Under the pieces are notes generated by a model. That model ran no database searches and was not told where the DNA came from. It saw only the letters and a list, made by a program, of their open reading frames with translations. The position numbers and the translations under genes were made by a program. DNA of 64,000 nucleotides from contig CP144782.1 in assembly GCA_036689285.1 (NCBI GenBank), positions 129,580-193,579 on the forward strand, read 5' to 3'. Positions 12,344 to 23,274 of the stretch are shown here, one piece after another (position 1 is the stretch's first letter; each line of letters begins with the position of its first letter). The DNA is from Candidatus Stammera capleta. GTDB taxonomy: Bacteria > Pseudomonadota > Gammaproteobacteria > Enterobacterales > Enterobacteriaceae.

Positions 12344-12687
12344 TAAATTTATACTCTATATAAATACTTAATAATAAAAAATATTATAAAAATAAATAAT
12401 ATTATTTTAATAAAAAAATAAATAAAATCATAAAATATATAAAAAAATCAATATATAAACAAATACAATACAATATCATATAAAATAAAATTTTTATTTA
12501 TATTATTTATTTTTTTATAAAAAAACAAATAAAATATATAATAAAATCTTTTTAAAAAAAAATAAGCTAATATCAATAATAATATATTCTTATATAAAAT
12601 ATTTTTATTTAAAAATATAAACAATAAAAAAAAATAAATTAAATTCATAATAAATTTATAAAACATTAATATTTAAAATTATTTAAA

Positions 12688-13437
12688 TTAATAATAAACT
12701 CTATATAAATATAAACCATTAGGTTTAACTAAATTAAATTTATAATCTTTATTTTTAGAATAAAAAATTTTTTTAAAATTAAATATTGACATTTTATTAA
12801 TACCTACTAATAGTAAACTACTAATTATATTTCTTACCATATGATATAAAAAAGAATTAGCAATTATATCAAAAAATATAAATAATCCATTATTATAAAT
12901 ATTAAAATAAAATATTCTTCTAATTGAAGAAATAGATTGACAACCCGAAGATCTAAAAGAACTAAAATCATTCTCTCCTAATAAAATTCTAGAAGCTAAT
13001 AACATTAAATTAATATCTAATTTTTTATTAAAAAAAAAAACTAAATTATATAAAAAAACATTTTGTATATTACTATTTAATATAATATATATATATCTTC
13101 TAGATATTGCATTATATCTAGAATGAAAATTTAATGATACATTTTTAACTCATTTAAAATATATATCTTTAGGCAAATTATAATTAGATATTATTAATCA
13201 TTCATTTTCATTTCTATATTTAAATGTATCAAAATGAAAAATTTGCCCTAAACTATGTACACCTAAATCAGTTCTACTTGCGCAAAAAATTTTAACTTCA
13301 TGATTAGAAATTTTAGATAACATATTTTCTATAACTTCCTGTATACTATTTTTTTTAAATTGTTTTTGCCAACCTATATAATTAGTACCATTATATTCTA
13401 CACATACAGCTAATCTATATTTTTTAAATAAAAACAT
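12688..13437 (-). CDS. truA: tRNA pseudouridine(38-40) synthase TruA
   Basis: YRLAVCVEYNGTNYIGWQKQ...IFCASRTDLGVHSLGQIFHFD (catalytic Asp) ... GENDFSSFRSSGCQS ... FLYHMVRNI. Fragments 13198-13437 and 12688-13005 are in frame and joined through two TGAs. 249 aa. Confidence 0.9.
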
Positions 13438-13440
13438 TAT

Positions 13441-13785
13441 TTAATTTAAACTACGTAAAAATTTTTTATTATTAAAACGTAAATAATATAATTTTGATTT
13501 TTTAAAAAATCTTTTTTTTTTTATAATTATATTGTAAATTACAGGAGAATAAGTTTGAAAAACTCTTTCGATACCTTCTCCATGAGAAATTTTTCTTAAA
13601 ACAAAAGAAGAATTTAAACCTCTATTTCTTTTAGATAAAACTAAACCTTCAAAAGACTGAATCCTTTTTTTATCACCTTCTACAACTAAAATTTGTACTT
13701 CCAATAAATAACCAACTTTAAAAAAAGGTATTTTTTTTTTAACCATTTGTTTTTTTTCTATATAATTAATAATTTTATTTTTCAT
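13441..13785 (-). CDS. rplS: 50S ribosomal protein L19
   Basis: VVEGDKKRIQSFEGLVLSKRNRGLNSSFVLRKISHGEGIERVFQTYSP matches E. coli L19 ([48 protein letters not shown]). Confidence 0.95.
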   Translation of the reverse strand: MKNKIINYIEKKQMVKKKIPFFKVGYLLEVQILVVEGDKKRIQSFEGLVLSKRNRGLNSSFVLRKISHGEGIERVFQTYSPVIYNIIIKKKRFFKKSKLYYLRFNNKKFLRSLN

Positions 13786-13790
13786 ATAAA

Positions 13791-14477
13791 TTAATATTTT
13801 TTTTTAATTAAATATTTTTTTTTTATTTTAGTATTTTTAAAAGATTGTTTAATTCTTCAATCTTTAATATTATTATGATTACCTGATAATAAAACTTTAG
13901 GAACTTTCATATTATTAAAAATTTTAGGTTTAGTATAATTAGGATAACTTAATAATCCATTATTAAAATAAAAAGAATCAAATTTATTAGACAAATTATT
14001 TATAATTCCTGGTATATGTCTAACTAAAACATCTATAACTACTAATGAAGAAATTTCACCACAACTTAAAATATAATCACCTATTGATAATTCAAAATCT
14101 ACATATTTATCAATAATTCTTTGATCTATACCACTATAACGTCCACAAATAAATATTATTGATTTATATTCTAATAATTTTGATATTATAACTTTATTTA
14201 AAATATCTCCTTGAGGAGACAAATATATTATATAATAATTTTTACATATTTTTTTAGCTTTTCTTATAGATAAATATATAGGTAAAGATTTAATTAATAA
14301 TCCTGGACCACCACCATATATTTTATCATTTATATTTTTATCATTTTTACTTAAAAATAATCTAGGATTAAAAAAATTAAAAAATAAAATATTATTTTTA
14401 ATAGCTTTATATATTAAACCATTTTTCAAAAAAGATTTAAAAAAATCAGGATTTAAAGTAATTAAATTAATATACAT
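13791..14477 (-). CDS. trmD: tRNA (guanine37-N1)-methyltransferase TrmD
   Basis: YGGGPGLLIK, ICGRYSGIDQRIID, SIGDYILSCGE and LLSGNHNNIKD-W(TGA 13857-13859)-RIKQSF match E. coli TrmD (LLSGNHAEIRRWRLKQSL). I extended it past the ORF-track stop to TAA at 13791-13793. Confidence 0.9.
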
Positions 14478-14669
14478 AAATATTTAAAATAAATTTTATA
14501 AATTTATAAATTAATTTTATATTAAATAATAATATATCTTTGTTAAAAAACAAATATTAATTTTATAATATACATTATAAAAAATATTTTAATATAAATA
14601 AAATAAATATTATTTATAATATATTATAATAAATATTTATTAAATTTTTAAAAATATATAAAATATTTA

Positions 14670-14927
14670 TTAATTAATATAAATTTCTTTATATTTTTTA
14701 AATAAATAATAAACTCTTTTAGAATATTTAGCACCTTTATTAATTCAAAAATTAAATCTATCTAAATTTATAAAAATATTACTTTTAATATTTAAATCAC
14801 CTAAAGGATTATAAAAACCTATTTTTTCTATAAATTTAGAATTTCTAAATCTACGATTATCTGCAACAGTTATATGATAAAAAGGTTTTTTTTTTTTTCC
14901 ATATTTTGATAAACGAATAATAACCAT
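14670..14927 (-). CDS. rpsP: 30S ribosomal protein S16
   Basis: [41 protein letters not shown]...DRFNF-W(TGA 14745-14747)[11 protein letters not shown] matches E. coli S16 ([41 protein letters not shown]...RIAHWVGQGATISDRV). Confidence 0.93.
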
Positions 14928-14953
14928 TAATATTCCTAAAATTAATAAATAAA

Positions 14954-15039
14954 TAGTGGGAAAGGGATTCGAACCCTTGATACAAATTTAGTATACATGT
15001 TTTCCAAACATGCTCTTTAAACCACTCAGACATCCCACT
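14954..15039 (-). tRNA. tRNA-Ser (anticodon GGA), class II with long variable arm
   Basis: The reverse complement AGTGGGATGTCTGAGTGGTTTAAAGAGCATGTTTGGAAAACATGTATACTAAATTTGTATCAAGGGTTCGAATCCCTTTCCCACTA is colinear with E. coli serW/serX. Anticodon loop is TTGGAAA. No encoded CCA. Confidence 0.88.
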
Positions 15040-15121
15040 TATTAAATAAATATTATACTATAAATAAAAAATTTTAAAATATTTTGACAAAAATTAATAT
15101 TAATAATATAATTAATAATAT

Positions 15122-15194
15122 TCCTCTGTAGTTCAGTTGGTAGAACACCGGACTGTTAATCCGTATGTCACTGGTTCGAATCCAGTCGGGGGAG
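15122..15194 (+). tRNA. tRNA-Asn (anticodon GTT)
   Basis: TCCTCTGTAGTTCAGTTGGTAGAACACCGGACTGTTAATCCGTATGTCACTGGTTCGAATCCAGTCGGGGGAG is near-identical to E. coli tRNA-Asn. The acceptor stem needs two G-U pairs. No encoded CCA. Confidence 0.92.
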
Positions 15195-15195
15195 T

Positions 15196-17598
15196 TTAAA
15201 TATTAATATTATTAATATTTTTATAATTTTCCTTAATAAAAGATTTTCTTAATTTAACATTATCACCCATTAATATTTTAAATAAATTATCAGTTTTTTC
15301 TAAATCTTTTAAATAAATTTTAAATAAAAATCTATTATTAGGATTCATAGTAGTATTTCATAACTGTTTAGGATTCATTTCTCCTAATCCTTTATAATGT
15401 TGAATATAAACTTTATTAATATTTTTTTTTAAAACTAAATTAATTAAATCTATAATATTATAAAAATAAAATTTTTCATTATTTAATAATATAAAAAATT
15501 TTTTATTATTTTTTAAAAAAAATAATTTTTTACCTAAATTTATAATCTTAATATATTTTTTAATAAAAAATTTTTTATTAAAAAAATATTTTTTTATAAA
15601 ATATTTATTAATTAATTTAAATTTAATACCATAAAAAATATTATTTTCTTTAATAATTTTACAATTAATTTTAATATTTAAATCATTTTTATTTATAAAA
15701 TATATAAAATCATTTAATCAAATATTACAAAAATTTATATCTTCAATATTAATATTTCTAAAAATCATTAATTTATTTAATAAAAAAATTTTTAATTTAT
15801 ATTTATTATTTAAACAATTTTTAAAAATTTTTATATAAATTAAAATAATTTTAATTAACTTTTTATATTTTAAAATAATTAAATTATTATCTTTATAAAT
15901 ATTAACATTTTTAAAATTAAAAATTATTTTATATTTTAAAAGATTTTTTTCATTATTAATATAATAATCTTTATTATTATTTTTTATTCTATATAAAGGT
16001 GGTCTAGCTATATATAAATGTCCATTTATTATTAATTGTTTCATATATCTATAAAAAAAAGTTAATAATAAAGTACGAATATGAGAACCATCAACATCTG
16101 CATCAGTCATAATTATAATTTTATTATATCTTAATTTTTTTATATTAAAATCATCATTATAATCTATTCCACATCCTAATACAGAAATTAATATATTTAT
16201 CTCATTAGAAGATAAAATTTTATCTAAATTATTTTTCTCTACATTTATAATTTTACCCTTTAAAGGTAATACAGCTTGATTTAATCTATTTCTACCCTGT
16301 TTCGCAGATCCACCTGCAGAATCTCCTTCCACTAAAAAAATTTCTGAATATAAATAATTTTTTTCTTGACAATCAGATAATTTATTAGAAATATTAGATA
16401 AATCTAAATTAGATTTTTTTTTAGAAATTTCTCTAAATTTTTTAATAGATTGCCTAATTTTATATGAATTAATTATTTTATTAATTATTAATTTAGCTTC
16501 AATAGGGTTTTCTAATAAAAAATCATATAAATTTTTTATTACTAAAGACTCAACAAAACTTTTAATTTCTGAAGAAATTAATTTATCTTTAGTTTGAGAA
16601 GAAAATTTAGGATTAGAAAATTTAACAGAAATTAAAGCATATAAACCTTCTCTAGAATCTTTTCCAATAATATTAAATTTATTTTTTTTTTTTAAATATT
16701 CATTATTTATATAAAAATTAATTGTACGAGTTATAGCTGATTTAAAACCTATTAAATGAGTACCACCATCAATTTGAGGAATATTATTAGTAAAACATAA
16801 TATAGAACAATTACTATTATTTAATCAACAACAAGCAATTTCCAATAAAAAATTTTTTTTACTACGTTTAAAATAAAATATATTTTTATTAATTAAATAT
16901 TTATCTTTTACTAAATAATTTAAAAAAGATTTTAATCCTCCTTTATTTTTTAATAAAACAGATTTATTATTTCTTTTGTCAATTAAATTTATATTTAATC
17001 CACAATTTAAAAATGATAATTCGTTTAATCTTTTAAATAAAATAGAATATTTAAATTTTATATAATTATTAAATATATATTTATCTGGTCAAAATCTAAT
17101 ATAAGTTCCATTATAATTAGTTTTACCAATTACAGATATTTTATTTAAAGGCTTACCATATTTATAACATTGAAAAAAAATTTTATTATATTTATAAACT
17201 TTTAATTTTAATTTTTCTGAAAGAGCATTAACAACTGAAATTCCTACACCATGTAATCCACCTGAAATTTTATATGAATTATTATCAAATTTTCCACCTG
17301 TATGCAACATAGTCATTATTAATTCAGCCGCAGATATACCTTCAGTTTTGTGAATATCTATTGGTATTCCTCTACCATCATCAAAAACAGAAATAGAATT
17401 ATCATTATGAATTTTTACAACAATATTTTTACAAAAACCAGCTAAAGCTTCATCAATAGAATTATCTATAACTTCAAATACCATATGATGTAATCCTGTA
17501 CCATCATAAGTATCACCTATATACATACCAGGACGTTTTCTAACAGCTTCCAAACCCTTTAATATTTTTATATTAGATGAATTATAATTTAATAACAT
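15196..17598 (-). CDS. gyrB: DNA gyrase subunit B
   Basis: N-terminus [41 protein letters not shown]. Toprim region [29 protein letters not shown] and [23 protein letters not shown]-terminus [16 protein letters not shown]. All fragments share one frame. 800 aa versus 804 in E. coli. Confidence 0.94.
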
Positions 17599-17642
17599 AT
17601 TTTTCTCTATATGAATAATAATAAAATTTTAAATAAAATTAA

Positions 17643-18779
17643 TTACAATTTAATTGGCATTATCATATATACTATATATTTATTTTTATTATTATCAATT
17701 TTAATAATTGAATCGTAATTTTTAAAAAAAAATCTAATTTTAGAAGAATTTTTAATAGAATTTAAAACATCTAAAATAAATTTAACATTTAAACTAATTT
17801 TAAATTTACTACCAATATAATTTATATTTATATTTTCTATAATTTCATCATTAAATGTATTATTAGAATAAATTTTTAAAATATTTTTATTAAATATTAA
17901 AGTTACACAATTAAATGAATAACTACTAATTATATCTGATCTTAATAAAGCATTTTTAAAATCTTCTATATTAATATTTAAATAATTATAATTATAAGTT
18001 AATTTTAAAATCTTTTTATAATCTGGAAAAATTCCATCTATTAAACCAGAATATATAATAAAATTTTCAAAACTAATTTTTACAATAGTTTTATCTATTT
18101 CTAAAATAATTTTTTCATCATTTTTAATAAAATTTAAAAATTTATATAAAATTAAAACTAATTTTCTAGATAAAATAAAAAAAAAATTTTTTTTTTTAAA
18201 ATTTACAAAAAAATTACAAGATATTTTATATATTGATATACGATAACTATCTGTAGTAACAAAAAAAAAAAAATTATTTATATATTCAACTAACATTCCA
18301 TTTAAATAACAATGTATATCATTATTACCAATAGAAAAATAAATAGAACTTATAATATTTTTTAATAAAAAAGAAGACATTATAAATTTATATTTAAAAA
18401 TAAATTGATTTTTATTTAATATAGGAAAATCAATTGTAGGTAATATTGATAATGATAATATACTTTTAGAATAAAATATCTTAATAAAATTATTATAAGA
18501 TTTAAAATATAAATTACTATCTTTAGGAAAAGTTTTACACAAATCATATAATTTTCTTATATTAACTGTAATTTCACCTAATTCTAAAATATTTTTTTTA
18601 GGTAAATATAAATTATACCCTATTTCTATATCTAAATTAGTAATAGTTAAAAACAAATAATCTTTATTTAAAGATAATAATATATTTGATAATATAGGAT
18701 TTTTATTATTTATTAATATACAACCACTTAATTTACTTAATAATTTAATTAATTTACTTCTTTCTATAATAAATTTCAT
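17643..18779 (-). CDS. dnaN: DNA polymerase III beta sliding clamp
   Basis: MKFIIERSKLIKLLSKLSG...PILSNILLSL matches E. coli DnaN (MKFTVEREHLLKPLQQVSG...PILGNLLLQV). It sits between dnaA and gyrB. Single uninterrupted 378 aa ORF. Confidence 0.88.
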   Translation of the reverse strand: MKFIIERSKLIKLLSKLSGCILINNKNPILSNILLSLNKDYLFLTITNLDIEIGYNLYLPKKNILELGEITVNIRKLYDLCKTFPKDSNLYFKSYNNFIKIFYSKSILSLSILPTIDFPILNKNQFIFKYKFIMSSFLLKNIISSIYFSIGNNDIHCYLNGMLVEYINNFFFFVTTDSYRISIYKISCNFFVNFKKKNFFFILSRKLVLILYKFLNFIKNDEKIILEIDKTIVKISFENFIIYSGLIDGIFPDYKKILKLTYNYNYLNINIEDFKNALLRSDIISSYSFNCVTLIFNKNILKIYSNNTFNDEIIENININYIGSKFKISLNVKFILDVLNSIKNSSKIRFFFKNYDSIIKIDNNKNKYIVYMIMPIKL

Positions 18780-20145
18780 TTTTATGAGATATAATAATTT
18801 TTGTTAAATTTTTAAAATCTAATTTAATTTTAAAATTTTTAATACATAATTCTTTTATTTTATTACATGAATATAAAATTGTGGAATGATTTAAACCACC
18901 AAAATATTTACCTAATTTAGATAAACTATAATTAGTTAATTTTTTACTTATAGCAATAGACATATGTCTAGGCAAAACAAAAGATCTATATCTATATTTA
19001 GATAATAAATCATTAATTGTTATATTATAATAATTAGATACAATTTTTTGTATATCATAAATTTTAATAATATTATCTTTTTTAATAATTTTATATAAAA
19101 TTTTCTTAACAAAATCAATATTTATATTATTAACACAATTAAAATAAATAGAATTTATTAATAAAATATGTAATATACCTTCTAATTCAAAAAAATTTTT
19201 AATAAATTTTTTGGCTATAAAATATAATATTTTTTCATTTAAAAATAAATTTATTTCTTTAGATTTTTTAATTAAAAACTTATATCTTAAATCAAAATCT
19301 GGGTTTTTAATATTAATTATTAAACCACAAGATATTCTAGAAATTATTCTAGTATCAATATTATTTAATTTTTTTATATTATTATTAGATGTTAAAACAA
19401 TAAATCTATTATTTTCTAATAAATTATTTAATATACAAAAAAATTCTTCTTGAGAATGATATTTTTTAGATAAAAATTGTATATCATCAATTAATAATAT
19501 TGAAGCTAATTTAAAATATAATTTAAATTTTTCAATTAAATTATTATATAAACAATTTATCATTTTACTTACAAAATTTTCAGAACTTATATAAATAACA
19601 TTTTTTTTAAAATTATATAAATTATTAATTTTATTTCCTATAGAATGTAATAAATGAGTTTTACCTAAACCTGTATTACTATAAATAAATAAAGATTTAT
19701 AATTTCTATATGAAAAATTACATATATTTTTTGATTCTTTATAAGCTATTATATTAGATTTATTAAAAATAAAATTATTAAACTTATATTTTTTTAATAA
19801 AATACAATCATTAAATTTATTAAAATTCAAAAAATTATATTTAAATTTATAATTAATATTAATTTTATTTTTAAACTTTAAATATTTACTATTATACTTA
19901 TTACCAACTAAAAATTTTAATAATGGTTTTTTATTTTTAATATTTCAAAATTTTAAAATACACTTATATATATAATTTAAATAATTTTTTTTAACATAAT
20001 TTAAAACAAAATTATTAGGAGCATACAAATTAATACTATTATTATAAATAATTACTTGTAATGGTAATATTCAAATATTAAATTTATATTTAGATATATG
20101 ATTTTTTAATTTTATTAAACATTTTTGTCATATATTATTTAACAA
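18754..20145 (-). CDS. dnaA: Chromosomal replication initiator DnaA (probable TTG start)
   Basis: The AAA+ region SNTGLGKTHLLHSIGN and LLIDDIQFL, and the DNA-binding end RHMSIAISKKLTNYSLSKLGKYFGGLNHSTILYSCNKI, match DnaA. The N-terminus recovered through three TGAs, LNNI-W-QKCLIKL...NI-W-ILPLQ...LYAPNNFVLNYVKKNYL, matches E. coli SLWQQCLARL..MWIRPLQ..LYAPNRFVLDWVRDKYL. GAGG lies 7 nt before TTG at 20145. Confidence 0.9.
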
Positions 20146-20255
20146 AATAAACCTCACTTTATTAAAATAAATAATTTATAATAATATTATAAATATTTTA
20201 TTATAATAAATAATTATTTAATTAACTTAAAATTTAAATTTAACAAAGTATAAAA

Positions 20256-20390
20256 ATGAAAAGAACATATCAACCTTCTAAAATAAAAAAAAAAAGAAAT
20301 CATGGATATATGAAAAGAAAATCAAATAAAAATGGTAAAAAAATATTATCACATAGAAGATGAAAAAAAAGAAAAAAATTATCATCATAA
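20256..20390 (+). CDS. rpmH: 50S ribosomal protein L34
   Basis: [44 protein letters not shown] matches L34 ([35 protein letters not shown]). Divergent from dnaA, as in E. coli. Confidence 0.92.
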
Positions 20391-20412
20391 AAAACTATTT
20401 TTTAATAAAAAA

Positions 20413-20703
20413 ATGAAAATTAAAAAAAATATTAAAACAAATTTTATTAAAAAATATAAATGATGCACAATTTATTATAATTATAATTTATTAAATTATC
20501 CAAGAATTAAATTAATAATAAAAAAAAATCAAATAAAATTATCTACATTAAGAAATAAATACAGAAGAATAATATATGAATATTTTAGAATTAATCAATA
20601 TAATATAAAAAACATTGATTTTATATTTAATATAAATAAAAACATAAATAAATTCAATAAAACCGTAATTAAAAATAATATAAATAAAATATTTAAAATA
20701 TAA
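20413..20703 (+). CDS. rnpA: RNase P protein component
   Basis: 96 aa basic protein directly after rpmH. It contains LSTLRNKYRRIIYEYFR, which corresponds to the RNR motif (A.x.RNR.KR..RE.FR). Confidence 0.75.
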
Positions 20704-20764
20704 AAATATAATTAATAAATAAAAATTTTTAAATAAATTATTTACTTAAATCTAAAAATAATAA

Positions 20765-21826
20765 ATGAAATATAAAAAAATATTTTTTATAATATTAATT
20801 ATATTATTATTAATATTTTCAATAAAAATTATTAATAAAAAATATTATAAAAATTATAAAAAATTTAGCATTAAAAATAATATAACAAAAATATTAAATA
20901 ATAAAAATAATAATTATAATAAACAAAAACATATATTAATATTAAAAAAAATTAATAAAAATAATTTAATAAAATATTTTTATTATAAATATATAAATAT
21001 TATTATTAATAATAAAAAAAAAAATTTTTTTATAATAATAAATAAAATAAAAATAAATAATTTTAAAAAAAATAATTTAATTTTTAATATAAATAAAAAA
21101 AATATATTTAATATAAATGAAATATTTAAAAAAAAAAATATATTAAATAATAATAAAAAATATTATAAATTTAATAAAATCAATAAATATTTAAAATTAA
21201 AAATAAAAAAAAAATATTTAAACATAATTAATTATCCTATTTTAATAATATTTAAAATATTTTATAATATATGTAAAAATTTAGGATTATCTATAGTATT
21301 TACTACTATTTTAATAAAATTAATAATATTACCAATTTATATTATACAATTAAAATATAAATTAAAAATTAAAAAAATAAAAAAAAAAATAAAAAAAATT
21401 AATTTAAAAAATAATAATAGTACTAAAAAAATTAATAAAAAAATTAATAATTTAAATATAAATTATATATATAATAATATATACACATTAATTCAAATTC
21501 CAATATTTATATCAATATATAATATATTAAATAATTATATAGAAATAAAAAATCTAAAATTTTTATGAATAAATAATATATATAAATTTGATAAATATCA
21601 TTTTTTACCTATATTATTAGGAATAATAACATATTATTCATTTAAAAAAAAATACAAATTTAAAAATAAAATATTTTTAAATAAAAAAATAAATATTTTA
21701 ATATCAATAATATTAATATATTTTTTTTGAAATATATCTAGTAATATAATTATTTATAATATTACTAATAACATTATAAATATAATTCAAGAAAAAATAA
21801 TAAAAAAAAATATTTTAAAAAAATAA
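20765..21826 (+). CDS. yidC: Membrane protein insertase YidC (shortened periplasmic domain)
   Basis: The C-terminal core NLGLSIVFTTILIKLIILPI...IQIPIFISIYNIL...FL-W-INNI...HFLPILLGIITY matches E. coli YidC ([20 protein letters not shown]...IQMPIFLALYYML...ALWIHDL..YYILPILMGVTMF). It sits between rnpA and mnmE. 353 aa versus 548. Confidence 0.82.
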
Positions 21827-21834
21827 TTATAATT

Positions 21835-23235
21835 ATGAAATTTTTAGATACTATATTAGCTCAATCTACACCTATAGGAAATAGTGGAGTAGGAATAATA
21901 AGAATATCTGGTAATAAATCATATAAAATAGCTAAAATAATTTTAAATATTAAAAAAATAAAAATTAGATATGCACATTTTTGTAAATTTATTAATAAAA
22001 ATAAAAAAATAATGGATTATGGAATTGCTATATATTATAAATCACCTAATTCATTTACAGGAGAAAATATTTTAGAACTTCAATGTCATGGAGGACAAAA
22101 AAATATAGAAAAAATTATTAAACAAATATTAAATTTAAATATAAAAAATGTAAGAATTTCTAAACCTGGAGAATTTATAAAAAGATCTTTTTTAAATAAT
22201 AAAATAGATTTAATACAAGCTGAATCTATAAACAATATAATTAAATCAAATTCAGATAATCAAATAAATTCTTCAATAATATCAATTGAAGGTAATTTTT
22301 CAAAAATAATTAAAAAAAATATAAAAATCATAAACAATATTAATATAAAAATTATAAAAATAATAAATTTCTCAGAAAAACCATTATTATATAAAAATAT
22401 TAAATTAATTTATAAAAAAATAAAATATATAAATATAAATATTAAAAATCTTTATAAAAAAATAAAAAAAAATAAATTTATAAAAGAAGGAATAAAATTA
22501 ACAATAATTGGAAAACCTAATACAGGTAAATCAAGTTTAATGAACTTATTAACTAATAAAAAAAATTCTATAATAACAAATATACCAGGTACAACTAGAG
22601 ATATAATAAAAGATTATATAAATATTGAAAATATTAATATTGAAATTACAGATACAACAGGTATTAGAAAAACTTCTAATATAATAGAAAAAATAGGAAT
22701 AAAAAAAACTTTTAATGAAATAAAAAAATCTAAAATAATAATATTTTTATTTAATGCAAAAAAAATTTCAGAAAATAATATATTTAAATATTATAAAAAA
22801 ATAATAAAAAAAAACAAAAAAAATAAAATATTTATTTTAATCAGAAATAAAATAGATTTAACAAATGAAAAAACAAAAAAATGAAAAAAAAACAATTTAA
22901 ATATAATCAATATATCAATAAAAAAAAAAATAGGAATAAACCTTTTATATAAAATAATAATAAAAAATATAAAAAAAATAAATAATACTGAAAATAAATT
23001 TTATACAAACGAAAGACATATTTTATTAATTAAAAAAGTTAAAAAAAATATAAATAAAGCTATTAATAAATTAAAAATTATTAATAATAAAAATATTAAA
23101 AAAACTAATCTAGATATAATTTCAAAAATATTATATTCAATACAAAAATACTTAAATCAAATAATAGGGACAAAAAAATTTACTTCAAAAAAAATAATTA
23201 ATAATATATTTAAAAATTTTTGTATAGGTAAATAA
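21835..23235 (+). CDS. mnmE: tRNA modification GTPase MnmE (TrmE)
   Basis: DTILAQSTPIGNSGVGIIRISG, the G domain GKPNTGKSSLMNLL...TNIPGTTRD...DTTGIR, and the C-terminal FCIGK signature. Joined through TGA at 22882-22884. Confidence 0.92.
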
Positions 23236-23274
23236 AATGAATAAAAATTATAAATTTATAATTAATATACAATT

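Noticed and set aside
12349-12666. Minus-strand ORF between tRNA-fMet and truA. It is 72 aa in the track and about 105 aa if the terminal TGA is read as Trp.
   Set aside because: It is extremely F/L/I/Y-rich and low complexity, with no recognisable motif. The plus strand here is A-rich, like the coding strands elsewhere. It could be a small membrane protein or a dedA remnant, since dedA follows truA in E. coli. I cannot support a call either way.
14539-14556. Small inverted repeat TTTGTT-AAAA-AACAAA in the rpsP-trmD spacer.
   Set aside because: It is a 6-bp A/T-rich stem with marginal stability. Such repeats are expected by chance at this base composition.
16995-17004. DnaA-box-like sequences: TTAATCCACA here, and TGTGGATTA at 50807-50815.
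   Set aside because: Each differs from TTATCCACA by one position, stands alone, and lies inside coding sequence (gyrB, pheS). There is no cluster in any intergenic region, so they are not evidence for an origin.
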